64,000 bases of DNA from Elusimicrobiota bacterium (GCA_044221725.1 JBGAON010000001.1:128001-192000); one strand, 5' to 3'; shown: positions 17,713 through 28,491, counted from the stretch's first letter. The notes: generated from the letters alone by a model not told the origin. Translations and numbers: made by a program.

Positions 17713-18396
17713 GTGGCCAAAGAAAAAATTTTAATCGTTGAGGACGAGAAAGACCTCGTCAAAATCCTCAAGTACAACCTCGAAAAGGAAAGTTACCGTG
17801 TGCTCGTGGCGACCGACGGAGAGGCAGGGTTGTCGATATTTCGAAAAGAAAAACCGGATTTGGTGGTGCTCGATATTATGTTGCCACGCATGGACGGCTA
17901 CGAATTTTGCAAAGCGGTGCGCCAGGATTCCAAAACACCGATCCTCATGTTGACCGCGAAAGCCGAAGAAGTCGACCGAGTTTTGGGCCTTGAGCTTGGC
18001 GCCGACGACTACGTCACCAAACCTTACAGTGTTCGTGAGGTGACCGCACGGATTAAAGCGATTTTGCGCCGCTCCACGGGTTCGAGCGAAGAAAAAACAT
18101 TTGTGCGGGCGGGTGGGCTTGAGATCGATTTGGAACGCTACGTAACGAAAGTGAACGGGCAATCTGTTTCGCTAAGTTCAAAGGAATTCGAATTTCTAAA
18201 ATGTCTGATCGGCGCGAAAGGACGGGTGCTGACCCGGGATCAATTGTTGGAACGGGTTTGGGGCTACGATTCTTCGCTCGAAATTGATACGCGCACTGTG
18301 GATCAGCACATTGCGCGCCTGCGCGAGAAACTGGGCGACGAAGCGAAGCGCGTGATCACCGTTAAAAATGTTGGGTACCGAATCAAACTCGATTGA
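17713..18396 (+). CDS. phoB: PhoB/PhoP-type OmpR-family response regulator
   Basis: REC plus winged helix (LELGADDYVTKP, TRTVDQHIARLR); context. Confidence 0.9.
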   Translation: MAKEKILIVEDEKDLVKILKYNLEKESYRVLVATDGEAGLSIFRKEKPDLVVLDIMLPRMDGYEFCKAVRQDSKTPILMLTAKAEEVDRVLGLELGADDYVTKPYSVREVTARIKAILRRSTGSSEEKTFVRAGGLEIDLERYVTKVNGQSVSLSSKEFEFLKCLIGAKGRVLTRDQLLERVWGYDSSLEIDTRTVDQHIARLREKLGDEAKRVITVKNVGYRIKLD

Positions 18397-19414
18397 TCCT
18401 GTAAACTCGATTCTTTCCAATATGATGGAAGGTGTCGTGGCCGTGGACACCAGCGCACGCGTGTTGTTTTTAAACGAAGCGCTGGCCCGGCTTTTCGAAG
18501 TCGACTCCTCCACCGCCAAAGGGAAGCACTTGCTGGAAGTGGTGCGTCAAAACCAAATCAACACCCTTTTGCAAAGCGTGCTGCAGGAAAAAAAGCCGAC
18601 GTCGGACGAAATTCACACGTTTGCTCCGGACGAACGGATATTTGAAGCGATTGCCGCACCGCTTCTTCAACAAGGTAAAAGCATGGGCGCCTTGCTTGTG
18701 TTGCACGACATCACAAAAGTGCGAAAGCTCGAGCAAGTTCGCCGTGATTTTGTAGCGAACGTGTCACACGAGTTGCGCACGCCGCTGGCTTCGATTAAAG
18801 GTTTTGCCGAGACCTTGCGAAACGGTGCGCTGAGCGATGCAACGGTCGCAAATGAGTTTTTGAAATCCATCGAGAAACACACCGATAACATGACCGCGCT
18901 CGTGGACGATTTGTTGAGTTTGACCGCCATCGAGTCCGGTCAACGCGCGCCGAACAAGGAGTCGCTGCGTTTGAGCGAGGCCGTGAGCGAAGTGATAAAA
19001 GGTTTGGCTCCGATCGCGAACAAGAGCAAGGTCGAAATTCAAAACCGCGTTGCAACAGATATGGCGTGCGTTTTAATGGATCGCGGACATTTGAAACAAA
19101 TTATTGTGAATTTACTTGAGAACGCGATCAAATTTAATCACGAAGGCGGGTGGGTAAAACTGGAAGCGAGCCTGGATGGAGATTGGATCTCCTTATTAAT
19201 TATAGATTCCGGCTCCGGCATCCCAGCGCAAGACCTGCCGAGAATATTTGAGCGATTCTATCGCGTGGACAAGGCGCGTTCGCGCGCGCTCGGAGGAACG
19301 GGTTTGGGCTTGTCGATTGTCAAACATCTGGTGGAAGTCAATGGCGGTTCTGTGTCAGTCGACAGCTCCGCGACGAAGGGGTCAACATTTACGGTGAAGA
19401 TGCCATGCGCGTAA
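18368..19414 (+). CDS. phoR: PhoR-type histidine kinase with no visible transmembrane region
   Basis: PAS, DFVANVSHELRTPL, FYRVDKARSR..GGTGLGL. Confidence 0.9.
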   Translation: MLGTESNSIDPVNSILSNMMEGVVAVDTSARVLFLNEALARLFEVDSSTAKGKHLLEVVRQNQINTLLQSVLQEKKPTSDEIHTFAPDERIFEAIAAPLLQQGKSMGALLVLHDITKVRKLEQVRRDFVANVSHELRTPLASIKGFAETLRNGALSDATVANEFLKSIEKHTDNMTALVDDLLSLTAIESGQRAPNKESLRLSEAVSEVIKGLAPIANKSKVEIQNRVATDMACVLMDRGHLKQIIVNLLENAIKFNHEGGWVKLEASLDGDWISLLIIDSGSGIPAQDLPRIFERFYRVDKARSRALGGTGLGLSIVKHLVEVNGGSVSVDSSATKGSTFTVKMPCA

Positions 19415-19956
19415 TTCGTCTGAGCTTAGCGTTGATGTTGATCGGAGTGGGTTTCGCATTTGCCGAGAAGCAGCCGCAGCCGATCGAGTGGGTATTAAAG
19501 AACTCTCGCACGCGTGCGCGTGTGCTCGTGCAAGGCACGATTACCAAACAAATCGATTTCGATAATTTAATCCTCACCGATAGTGGCGGATCGCTGCGTT
19601 TGGATGCTTTCCGCGTGCATCAATATCTTTCCAAGGGCGATAAAGTGATCGTTTATGGTCTTTACCTCGGGCGCATCACGGAAGATTCGGCAAGAGGCAA
19701 ACTTGAAGTGTTGGATTTTTTGCCGATCAAAGCGTCCGACAATCCAGAAAAGGCGCGGCAATTTATTGAGAAATACGGCAGCGACCCGGTGCCCGCAGTA
19801 AAATCGGATCCCGTTCCAGCCGCCAACCACCCTGCCAAGGCCACCGATAAAACTGTCGAGTCCCGACTTAAAGAACTCGACGACCTCAAAGCGAAGAATC
19901 TTCTCTCCGACGAAGAATATAAGGAACAACGCAAACGCATCCTCGGTAGCCTCTAG
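19405..19956 (+). CDS. Exported protein, OB-fold-like domain plus C-terminal SHOCT domain
   Basis: Signal peptide; VLVQGTI...LTDSGGSLRLD; RLKELDDLKAKNLLSDEEYKEQRKRIL. Confidence 0.65.
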   Translation: MRVIRLSLALMLIGVGFAFAEKQPQPIEWVLKNSRTRARVLVQGTITKQIDFDNLILTDSGGSLRLDAFRVHQYLSKGDKVIVYGLYLGRITEDSARGKLEVLDFLPIKASDNPEKARQFIEKYGSDPVPAVKSDPVPAANHPAKATDKTVESRLKELDDLKAKNLLSDEEYKEQRKRILGSL

Positions 19957-19962
19957 AGCGCC

Positions 19963-19992
19963 GTCGCCTGGATAGAGACATTCCAGGATGAC
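19963..19992. repeat. REP-like repeat, half copy 3
   Basis: GTCGCCTGGATAGAGACATTCCAGGATGAC. Confidence 0.8.
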
Positions 19993-19997
19993 GACAA

Positions 19998-20015
19998 CTG
20001 TCACGCCGCTGTCAT
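19998..20015 (+). promoter_or_regulatory. Pho box upstream of the porin-pst operon
   Basis: CTGTCAC-gccg-CTGTCAT, 11-bp period. Confidence 0.78.
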
Positions 20016-20099
20016 ACAGGCTTTACTCTCCCGCCATGGTTGTCGGTCTCTCGCCTTGCCACAATGCTCATGTAACAAAAATGAATTAGGAGGATGTAC

Positions 20100-21299
20100 A
20101 TGAGAGTTTCAAGACGAGGACGGGCGATCGGCTTTGCAGCACTATCGGCGCTCTGCATGACGGGTCTGGTAAATCAATCATTTGCCGATGCCGATTTGCA
20201 GTTTGCGAAGTACGTGCAATTTGTGAAATGGAGTGGCGATTATCGCTTACGCTTTGATAACGAACACTTCCGAAATCCGTCGACGACGATGGACCGCGGA
20301 CGCTTCCGCATGCGCTTGCGGCTGGGCACGGACATTGGATTGCCTGGAAAATTAACAATCAAAACTCGCTTGGCCTCCGGCGTTGGTGAGCAAACCTCCA
20401 CGAACCAAACATTCGGTTCTCTCGGAACCCAAAAGGGAATTTTTATTGATCGCGCTTACTTGGAATGGAAACCGAAAGACTGGGCAACCCTCATGGGCGG
20501 AAAAATGGCAAACCCGCTTTGGACCACGTACGCCAGCGATGCAATTTGGGATGCGGACTTTAATCCCGAAGGCGCCGGCGAACAGTTCTCCTATTTATTG
20601 GGTGGTTTTAATTTGTTTGCGAACGGTCTGCAGATGGTCGCCGATGAAAGCAATGGCTCAACGCACGCAACGGCAAACGATCAATACGTGTTAAGCGAAC
20701 AGGTTGGTTTTGAAACCCGCTTGCCTCTTGAATCGCGTATCAAAATTGCTTACGCGAACCACTACTGGAGAGATGCCGCTACAAACGCTTTCACCGGAGT
20801 GGCCATTACAAACGGTGGAACGAGTCCGGAGAAAAGTCAGGAAGGGAATCGCAAATCCGGTGCGAGCTTGGCCAACGATTTTCGGGTTGATGAAGTCGCC
20901 GGCGAACTTTCGACGTGGCTCTTCCGCATTCCTGTTTCGCTTCAAGGTGTCTATTTAAAGAACAATTGGGTGCGCACGCCGCAATTTAATAATGCGTTGA
21001 AGGACACCGGTTATCAAGCTGGAACCATCATCGGTAAAGCGGGCACAGCGAAAGGTTGGGAAGTGGCGTACTTCTATAAATACATCGAAGCGGATGCGAC
21101 CGTCGCAGACGCCGCGGATTCTGACTTTGGTGATGGGGGAACAAACCGCAAGGGGCACATCATGTGGGCCGCTTATTCGCCATTCGATTACCTGACGTTA
21201 CAAGCGAAATATTTCCAAACAAAGAATATTGATCCAACCATCTCGGGTTCGCTCGGTTCAATGGATCGCGTACAAATCGATACCGTGATCAAGTGGTAA
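20100..21299 (+). CDS. Outer-membrane beta-barrel porin (probable phosphate porin)
   Basis: Signal peptide, GDYRLR..RFRMRLRLG, C-terminal aromatic residue (IKW); ATG at 20100 after AGGAGG. Confidence 0.8.
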   Translation: MRVSRRGRAIGFAALSALCMTGLVNQSFADADLQFAKYVQFVKWSGDYRLRFDNEHFRNPSTTMDRGRFRMRLRLGTDIGLPGKLTIKTRLASGVGEQTSTNQTFGSLGTQKGIFIDRAYLEWKPKDWATLMGGKMANPLWTTYASDAIWDADFNPEGAGEQFSYLLGGFNLFANGLQMVADESNGSTHATANDQYVLSEQVGFETRLPLESRIKIAYANHYWRDAATNAFTGVAITNGGTSPEKSQEGNRKSGASLANDFRVDEVAGELSTWLFRIPVSLQGVYLKNNWVRTPQFNNALKDTGYQAGTIIGKAGTAKGWEVAYFYKYIEADATVADAADSDFGDGGTNRKGHIMWAAYSPFDYLTLQAKYFQTKNIDPTISGSLGSMDRVQIDTVIKW

Positions 21300-21326
21300 C
21301 GGTTCTTAAATAAGAAGGAGGACATC

Positions 21327-22349
21327 GTGCAAAAAACAAAACTAAACACACTGGTCGGGCTCATTGTCTCGGCAGCGTTCTTGGCGGTTCCGTTGTTGCA
21401 AAGTTTCGCGGACACGACCTTGAACGGTGCGGGGGCGACGTTCCCGTTCCCAATTTACAGCAAATGGTTTGACGACTATCACAAAGCCAAGTCCGATGTG
21501 AAAATTAATTATCAATCGATCGGTTCGGGTGGCGGCATTAAACAGTTCACCGCAAAAACCGTGGACTTTGGTGCCAGCGATGGACCAATGACGGATAAAG
21601 AGCTGTTCGCCGTCGATGGAAAACCACTCCATATCCCCACGGTTCTTGGTGGTGTGGTCATCACGTGGAATGTGCCAGAGGTGTCCGAGCTCAATCTCAC
21701 CGGCGATGTGATTGCAAAAATCTTTATGGGCGACATTAAGTCGTGGGACGATGCGGCGATCAAAACGCTGAATCCGAACGCGAAGTTGCCGGGGGTTCCC
21801 ATTACAGTGGTGCACCGCGCCGACGGTTCGGGAACAACCTATTGTTTCACGGATTACCTTGCGAAAATGAGCCCGGCGTGGAAAAGCAAAGTGGGTCAGG
21901 GCAAAGCCGTCAATTGGCCGGTGGGTTTGGGTGGCAAGGGAAATGAGGGTGTGGTGGGCTTGGTGAAGCAAACGGTCGGTTCGATTGGCTACACCGAACT
22001 CGTTTACGCCTCGCAAAACAGATTGCCCACCGCTGCCGTTCAGAACAAAGCGGGCAAGATAGTGAAATGCTCGATTGAATCCGTCACGGCGGCCGCTGCG
22101 AACGCGAACATGCCAAAAGACTTTCGTGTTTCGATTGTGAACGCCGGTGGTGACAATTCTTATCCGATTGCAACGTACACGTGGCTTTTGGTGTATCAAT
22201 CGAACAGTGGGAATGTCGGCAAAGTGTTAAAGGACTTTCTTAACTGGATGATAGACGCCGGCCAGAAATCGGCGCCGGAACTTGGTTACGCGCCGCTTCC
22301 GCCATCCGTCCAAACCATGGTCAAGAATGCAATTTCGTCGATAAAGTAA
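21327..22349 (+). CDS. pstS: Phosphate ABC transporter substrate-binding protein
   Basis: GAGATFP, YQSIGSGGG, DFGASD, HRADGSGTT. Confidence 0.97.
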   Translation: MQKTKLNTLVGLIVSAAFLAVPLLQSFADTTLNGAGATFPFPIYSKWFDDYHKAKSDVKINYQSIGSGGGIKQFTAKTVDFGASDGPMTDKELFAVDGKPLHIPTVLGGVVITWNVPEVSELNLTGDVIAKIFMGDIKSWDDAAIKTLNPNAKLPGVPITVVHRADGSGTTYCFTDYLAKMSPAWKSKVGQGKAVNWPVGLGGKGNEGVVGLVKQTVGSIGYTELVYASQNRLPTAAVQNKAGKIVKCSIESVTAAAANANMPKDFRVSIVNAGGDNSYPIATYTWLLVYQSNSGNVGKVLKDFLNWMIDAGQKSAPELGYAPLPPSVQTMVKNAISSIK

Positions 22350-22358
22350 GATTCGGAC

Positions 22359-23351
22359 GTGACGTTAACTCAAGATAAATCGACAGCAATTCCGTCCCCG
22401 GCCGCTCCTCCTAGCCCCCTTAGGAGAATCCGTTCTCGCGAGCGTGCCGGGGATCGGGCGTTTCGGTACGTGATGCTCGGTTTCGGATTCCTCGTGATTG
22501 CGTTGGCCGCCGGAATATGTTGGAAGTTGCTGCAGAATTCCCGCGAAACATGGCACACGTTCGGCTGGCGCTTTATTGTGAGTCAAACCTGGAATCCCGT
22601 GGAAGATATCTATGGCGCCCTGCCGTTTGTTTACGGAACCATCGTTTCTTCGGCCATTGCTCTATTGATTGCGGTGCCGCTCGGCGTTGGCTCCGCGATA
22701 TTTTTGGCGGAAATGGCGCCAAAACGGTTGGCCAATGTCGTGACCTTCCTCATTGAATTGTTGGCCGCGATTCCGAGCGTGATTTTGGGACTCATGGGGA
22801 TTTTTGTTCTGGTTCCCGCGGTCAAATGGGCTCAGCCCGGCATCACGAAGGTGTTGGGCTTCCTTCCATTTTTTCGGGGCACGCCCTACGGTGTTGGGCT
22901 TTTTACGGCCGGTTTAATTCTCGCGCTCATGATTTTGCCTTACATCACGAGCATTTCGCGCGATGTCATTTTGTCGGTGCCGACAATTCTCAAAGAAGCG
23001 GCGCTCGGCTTGGGCGCGACGCATTGGGAAATGGTCCGCATGGTGATTCTTCCGTTCTCGAAAGCGGGGATTATGGGTTCGATTTTTCTCGCTTTGGGAC
23101 GTGCGCTCGGAGAAACCATGGCTGTCACGATGGTCATAGGGAATTCGCCTCGAATCTCAGCGTCCTTGTTTGAACCCGCGTACAGCATGTCGGCCGTGAT
23201 TGCGAACGAATTTGCGGAAGCCGCCGCCGGGCCTGGACTCAGTGCGCTCTTTGCGATCGCGTTTGTTTTGTTCGGGATCACGGTTGTGGTGAACGGGTTG
23301 GCGCGAATCCTTATTTATAAAAACAAATTTCGGTCACGGAGAAAGGCATGA
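22359..23351 (+). CDS. pstC: Phosphate ABC permease
   Basis: ELLAAIPSV, LGRALGETMAV. Confidence 0.96.
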   Translation: MTLTQDKSTAIPSPAAPPSPLRRIRSRERAGDRAFRYVMLGFGFLVIALAAGICWKLLQNSRETWHTFGWRFIVSQTWNPVEDIYGALPFVYGTIVSSAIALLIAVPLGVGSAIFLAEMAPKRLANVVTFLIELLAAIPSVILGLMGIFVLVPAVKWAQPGITKVLGFLPFFRGTPYGVGLFTAGLILALMILPYITSISRDVILSVPTILKEAALGLGATHWEMVRMVILPFSKAGIMGSIFLALGRALGETMAVTMVIGNSPRISASLFEPAYSMSAVIANEFAEAAAGPGLSALFAIAFVLFGITVVVNGLARILIYKNKFRSRRKA

Positions 23352-24193
23352 ACAATTTCGCGCGTCGACGGTGGATTAACAATTTTATGTTCGCGATGAC
23401 CGGCGTTTTCACGGTGCTCGCGGTATCAGCGCTTTTTTTCATTCTTGGTTACATCGCGTACCACGGAATTTCGTCAATCAGCTGGAATTTTTTCACAAAG
23501 GTGCCGGTGCCGCTTGGTGAAACCGGCGGGGGAATTGCGAATTCCATCATCGGTTCGTTGAAGGTTGTGGGTCTCGCCTGTGTGATCGGTTTGCCAATCG
23601 GAATTTTTGGCGCGGTGTACCTCGCTGAATACGGCAACGGCAAAATCGGGTTCATTATTCGGTATTGCGCCGACGTGTTGAACGGAATCCCGTCAATCGT
23701 CATGGGAATCTTTGCCTACGCAATGGTGGTGTTGCCCATGCGGCACTTCAGTGCGTTGGCCGCCAGTGTCGCGCTCGGCATCATTATGATTCCGCTCGTG
23801 CTTCGCACGACAGAAGAATTTATTCGACTCGTGCCTGGAAACATTCGCGAAGCGGCGCTCGCTCTCGGTATTCCGCAGTGGAAGGTCATTCTTAAGGTAG
23901 TGATCCCAACAGCATCGCGCGGAATCGTGACCGGGAGCATCCTCGCTGTTTCGCGCATCGCCGGCGAAACGGCGCCGCTTATTTTCACAGCGTTTGGAAA
24001 CCGGTACTGGGATGACGGAATCTTAAATCCGATCGCGACGTTGCCTCACACAATCTACACCTACGCTATTTCGCCGTACGAGGACTGGCATAAGCAAGCC
24101 TGGGCCGCCGCTTTTGTGCTGATGTTGGTGGTGCTCATCGGAAATATCTGCGCGAGAATGCTTATGAGAACCAATCAAGGAGCCGCGCGCTAA
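23348..24193 (+). CDS. pstA: Phosphate ABC permease
   Basis: [15 protein letters not shown]. Confidence 0.96.
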   Translation: MNNFARRRWINNFMFAMTGVFTVLAVSALFFILGYIAYHGISSISWNFFTKVPVPLGETGGGIANSIIGSLKVVGLACVIGLPIGIFGAVYLAEYGNGKIGFIIRYCADVLNGIPSIVMGIFAYAMVVLPMRHFSALAASVALGIIMIPLVLRTTEEFIRLVPGNIREAALALGIPQWKVILKVVIPTASRGIVTGSILAVSRIAGETAPLIFTAFGNRYWDDGILNPIATLPHTIYTYAISPYEDWHKQAWAAAFVLMLVVLIGNICARMLMRTNQGAAR

Positions 24194-25041
24194 TGGGAAT
24201 ACTTATGGAAAACAAAACTCTAATTAATAAGATCAGCCCCGTTCCCTCCGTGGTGCCAAAGGCGAACATATCTATGCAACCTCAAACAAAAACCATTGCG
24301 ATCCAAACCATTGATCTCGAAGCAAGTTATGGCCATGGCCCGATTTTAAAGGGCATCAACATTTCCATTTATGGAAACCACATCACGGCGATCATTGGTC
24401 CTTCGGGATGTGGGAAATCAACACTGGTGCGATGCATGAACCGTATGCACGAGGTCCATCCGCTCGGTTCAACCAAAGGCTCCGTTCTGCTTGGAGACAA
24501 AAACATTTTCGAAATGGATCCGGTGTTGTTGCGCCAAGAAGTGGGAATGGTGTTTCAGCGGCCAAACCCTTTTCCAACGATGACGATTTATCAAAACGTG
24601 GCCTCCGGTCTTGTTTTGAACGGCGTAAAAGAAAAACAAACGCTGAATGAAATTGTGGAGAGGAGTCTCAAAAACGCAGCGCTGTGGGACGAAGTGAAAG
24701 ACAAGCTGCATCAATCGGCGTTTAATTTGTCCGGTGGTCAACAGCAGCGCTTGTGCATCGCCCGCGCGCTCGCGGTAAGCCCAAAGGTTTTGCTGCTGGA
24801 CGAGCCGTGTTCGGCGCTGGATCCTATCGCAACCGCGCGTATCGAAGAATTGCTGATTGAACTAAAAAAGGATTTAACGATTGTTATCGTGACGCACAAT
24901 ATGCAGCAGGCCGCACGGTCTTCTGACTTCACGGGTTTCATGTTGAGCGGCGATTTGGTGGAATTTGGTGTAACCGAGAAAATATTCACGAACCCAGACA
25001 ATCAAAAAACACAGGATTACATCACCGGCAGGTTTGGATAA
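24193..25041 (+). CDS. pstB: Phosphate ABC ATPase
   Basis: [29 protein letters not shown]. Confidence 0.97.
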   Translation: MGILMENKTLINKISPVPSVVPKANISMQPQTKTIAIQTIDLEASYGHGPILKGINISIYGNHITAIIGPSGCGKSTLVRCMNRMHEVHPLGSTKGSVLLGDKNIFEMDPVLLRQEVGMVFQRPNPFPTMTIYQNVASGLVLNGVKEKQTLNEIVERSLKNAALWDEVKDKLHQSAFNLSGGQQQRLCIARALAVSPKVLLLDEPCSALDPIATARIEELLIELKKDLTIVIVTHNMQQAARSSDFTGFMLSGDLVEFGVTEKIFTNPDNQKTQDYITGRFG

Positions 25042-25044
25042 TTT

Positions 25045-25725
25045 ATGAAACGGCATTTTGAAGAACTCGAAGAGGAATTGAAATATCGTTTGCTGCATAT
25101 GGGAAGTCTCGTTGAAGAGATGATCCATATGGCCGTGCTCAGCCTTCTTGAACGATCGGACAAACCGCTGCAAAAGGTTCACGAGAACGAAAAAGAAGTG
25201 AATCAGCTTCATATTGAAATCGACGATCGTTGCTTGAAATTGTTGGCGCTTTATCAGCCTGCCGCCGCAGACCTTCGATTTATCGTTGGGGCTCTGAAAA
25301 TCAATTCGGATCTTGAACGCATTGGAGACCAAGCGGTCAACATTGCACAGACATCGGCGTTGTTGCTGAACCAGCCTCAACTCGAGAAAAAACTTTTTGA
25401 TATTCCCCGCATGGCCGAATTGGCAAAACGCATGGTAAAAGACAGCCTTGATGCTTACGTGAAACGCGATGTGGACCTAGCGCGTTTGGTCGTATCGCGC
25501 GACGCGGAGGAAGATAAGTTGAAAAGCGAAGCGTTTCATGAGCTCATGCATCTCATGCAATCGGATTCGTCGACGATCAATCGCGCGTTGAGTCTTATCC
25601 TTATTTCCCGAAACCTGGAGCGCATAGCCGATCATTCCACGAACATTGCCGAGGACGTGATCTTTATGGTGCTCGGAAAAGATATTCGCCATCACGTGGG
25701 CGACCTCACGTCCATTAAGATTTAA
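25045..25725 (+). CDS. phoU: Phosphate signalling protein PhoU
   Basis: QPAAADLR, DLERIGD, NLERIADH. Confidence 0.96.
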   Translation: MKRHFEELEEELKYRLLHMGSLVEEMIHMAVLSLLERSDKPLQKVHENEKEVNQLHIEIDDRCLKLLALYQPAAADLRFIVGALKINSDLERIGDQAVNIAQTSALLLNQPQLEKKLFDIPRMAELAKRMVKDSLDAYVKRDVDLARLVVSRDAEEDKLKSEAFHELMHLMQSDSSTINRALSLILISRNLERIADHSTNIAEDVIFMVLGKDIRHHVGDLTSIKI

Positions 25726-25789
25726 CCCTCTTATTTAGTATCTTCCCGCCTCTACAGCCGACGTATATCCCACAACAGAGGTGTTGTTT

Positions 25790-26416
25790 ATGTTTTCGTC
25801 TTTCATCCCGCGCGAAGAACAATTTTTCGATTTGCTTGAGAACGCTGCCGTTAACGCGCACAAAGCAGCCACCACGTTTAAATTACTCATGCACGAGTGG
25901 AACGAAAAGTCCGATTTGTTTGAAAAGATTCGGTCTATCGAGAGCGAGGGCGACATGCTCACGCACGAAATCATCGACAAATTAAACCGCACGTTCGTTA
26001 CGCCGCTCGATCGCGAAGATATTCATAATCTCGCTGGGCAAATTGACGATGTGTGCGATATTCTTCAGGCCCTTTCCGACCGTATGCAGCTCTACGATCT
26101 CGGAACGAAAATGCCCGAAACCATGGTCAAAATGGCCGACTTGCTGGAAGATAGCGCGCAAAGCATGGAAATGGCCGTCAAAGAGTTCCACAATTTTCGC
26201 CGAACCAGTCGCGTGCACGATCATTGCATCCAAATCAAAGGCATTGAGAATGCCGCGGACGATTTGCTGAAGCATGCATTGGCCGCGCTCTTCAAGTCGT
26301 CGGATACGATGATGGTTATTAAATGGAAAGAGATTTATGAAACGATCGAAGACGCGCATGACAAGATGTCCCACATCGCGAACACGCTTGAAGGCATCAT
26401 CGTTAAAAACGCCTAG
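25790..26416 (+). CDS. DUF47 (Pit accessory, PhoU-like) protein
   Basis: LNRTFVTPLDREDI, KWKEIYE; upstream of pit. Confidence 0.9.
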   Translation: MFSSFIPREEQFFDLLENAAVNAHKAATTFKLLMHEWNEKSDLFEKIRSIESEGDMLTHEIIDKLNRTFVTPLDREDIHNLAGQIDDVCDILQALSDRMQLYDLGTKMPETMVKMADLLEDSAQSMEMAVKEFHNFRRTSRVHDHCIQIKGIENAADDLLKHALAALFKSSDTMMVIKWKEIYETIEDAHDKMSHIANTLEGIIVKNA

Positions 26417-26429
26417 CAATTAAGTCCGT

Positions 26430-27422
26430 ATGACGCACACCTACATTCTCTTCCTTATTATCGCGGTCGCGCTGACCTTTGATTTCATCAACGGTTTCCA
26501 CGATTCCGCAAATTCCATAGCCACCGTTGTTTCCACGCGTGTGTTGTCACCGCGCTCGGCCGTGGTTTGGGCGGCGTTCTTTAATTTCGTGGCGGCGTTC
26601 GCATTTGAAGTGAAGGTGGCGACGACGATCGGGAAAGGCGTTATTCACGCGGGGGTTCCCGACGCGCGCGTTATATTGGCGGGGCTGTTGGCCGCGATCA
26701 TTTGGAATTTGCTCACGTGGTATTGGGGATTACCGTCAAGCTCATCGCACACGCTCATTGGTGGTTTTGCAGGAGCGGCTGTCATCAAGGCGGGTTGGGG
26801 CGCCATCATCATGGCGGGTTTCTTAAAAATTGCGGCTTTCATTATCATTTCGCCGGTGCTGGGCTTCGTGTTTGGTTTTCTTTTAATGGCTATCGTTTTG
26901 AATATTTTCCAGCACATGGCGCCGGACCGCGTTGATCGATATTTCCGCCGTGGCCAACTTTTTTCGGCAGCGTTGTACAGTCTCGGTCACGGTACGAACG
27001 ACGCGCAGAAAACCATGGGCATCATTTATATTTTGCTGATTTCAACCGGACATTTGGCGGATCACGCGCCGGTTCCTGTCTGGGTGATCCTCGCTTGCCA
27101 CGCGGCGATGGGTGTTGGCACATTGTTTGGGGGCTGGCGGATCGTCAAAACCATGGGACAGAAAATGGTGAAACTGAAACCTGTTGGCGGATTCTGCGCT
27201 GAAACCGGAGGCGCCGTCATGCTGATCGGAACAGCGCTCGCCGGAATCCCCGTAAGCACGACGCATACCATTACCGGTGCCATCATGGGCGTCGGCGCTA
27301 CGCACCGCGCTTCGGCCGTTAAATGGGGCGTCGCAACAAAAATTGTTTGGGCGTGGATTCTAACGATTCCTGTTTCTTTTGCGGTCGGAGCATTGATCTA
27401 CAAGCTTTCTTTCGTTTTTTAA
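26430..27422 (+). CDS. pit: Inorganic phosphate transporter (PiT family)
   Basis: NGFHDSANSIAT, GLPSSSSH, HGTNDAQK. Confidence 0.95.
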   Translation: MTHTYILFLIIAVALTFDFINGFHDSANSIATVVSTRVLSPRSAVVWAAFFNFVAAFAFEVKVATTIGKGVIHAGVPDARVILAGLLAAIIWNLLTWYWGLPSSSSHTLIGGFAGAAVIKAGWGAIIMAGFLKIAAFIIISPVLGFVFGFLLMAIVLNIFQHMAPDRVDRYFRRGQLFSAALYSLGHGTNDAQKTMGIIYILLISTGHLADHAPVPVWVILACHAAMGVGTLFGGWRIVKTMGQKMVKLKPVGGFCAETGGAVMLIGTALAGIPVSTTHTITGAIMGVGATHRASAVKWGVATKIVWAWILTIPVSFAVGALIYKLSFVF

Positions 27423-27460
27423 TTCCATAAAATAACCGTCCCTCGAAAGGATGGTCTTGC

Positions 27461-28477
27461 ATGAAGAAGATTCAAAACCCGCCGAATCCGTTCGATTCGA
27501 CCGAACGCGAATTGTTGGAGCCAGCACCGGACGCGCGACTCGAAATCTACGACGATGCCAGCCGCAGTATTCTCACGCACAACGATAGCCCGGATTTAAA
27601 TTTCAAATGGAGCGTGAATCCGTACCGCGGATGTTTCCACTCGTGCGCGTACTGCTACGCACGGCGTTACCACGAATATCTTGATATGGGCGCGGGAACG
27701 GATTTTGAGTCAAAGCTCGTCCTTAAGCGCGATGCGGCGACGCTCTTGCGCGCCGAGTTTCTGAAAAAATCGTGGAAGGGAGAAAATGTCGTCTTCTCGG
27801 GCATCACCGATTGTTATCAGCCCATCGAGGCCGTGTACAAACTTACGCAGCAATGTTTGACCGTTTGTCTCGAATTTCAGAATCCCGCATCGATTATCAC
27901 CAAGTCGTTTCTCGCCACGCGCGACGTCGAATTGTTTGCCGAGCTTCATCGCCGCTCGTATTTTGCGGCGGTGGTCAGCATTCCGTTCGCGACCGATGCG
28001 ATGGCGAAAAAGATCGAGCCCCAAGCTTCAAGCGCAACGAAACGGTTTAAGACCATTGAGATGCTGGCGAAGGCCGGCATTCCCGTTGGTGTTTCGCTTG
28101 CTCCCACGATTCCCGGTTTAAACGAAAATGATATTCCAGTCGTTATGAAACGCGCGAAGGACCTGGGGGCGCGGTTCGCTTTCCATACATTGGTTCGGCT
28201 GTCCGGAAGTGTGTTGCCGGTGTTCGAAGAAAAGATCAAGGCGGCGCTTCCGGCGGAGCGCGTTGATCGAATTCTGAAACGAATCAGAGATACGCGCGCG
28301 GGCCGCATGAACGATTCGAGTTTCGGATCGCGTCAACGCGGCACGGGCACGTACTGGAAATCCATCGAAGACATGTTCCGGATTTCGCAAGAAAAATTCG
28401 GGTTAAATGATTTTCCGCATTCGCCGTCTCCGTCGAAGTTTCGTGTTCCTTCCGCCCAATTGGAATGGCAGTTTTGA
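27461..28477 (+). CDS. Radical SAM protein (PA0069/Rv2578c-like)
   Basis: NPYRGCFHSCAYCYAR; TDCYQPIE. Confidence 0.88.
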   Translation: MKKIQNPPNPFDSTERELLEPAPDARLEIYDDASRSILTHNDSPDLNFKWSVNPYRGCFHSCAYCYARRYHEYLDMGAGTDFESKLVLKRDAATLLRAEFLKKSWKGENVVFSGITDCYQPIEAVYKLTQQCLTVCLEFQNPASIITKSFLATRDVELFAELHRRSYFAAVVSIPFATDAMAKKIEPQASSATKRFKTIEMLAKAGIPVGVSLAPTIPGLNENDIPVVMKRAKDLGARFAFHTLVRLSGSVLPVFEEKIKAALPAERVDRILKRIRDTRAGRMNDSSFGSRQRGTGTYWKSIEDMFRISQEKFGLNDFPHSPSPSKFRVPSAQLEWQF

Positions 28478-28491
28478 TATAGTCCGCCCCT

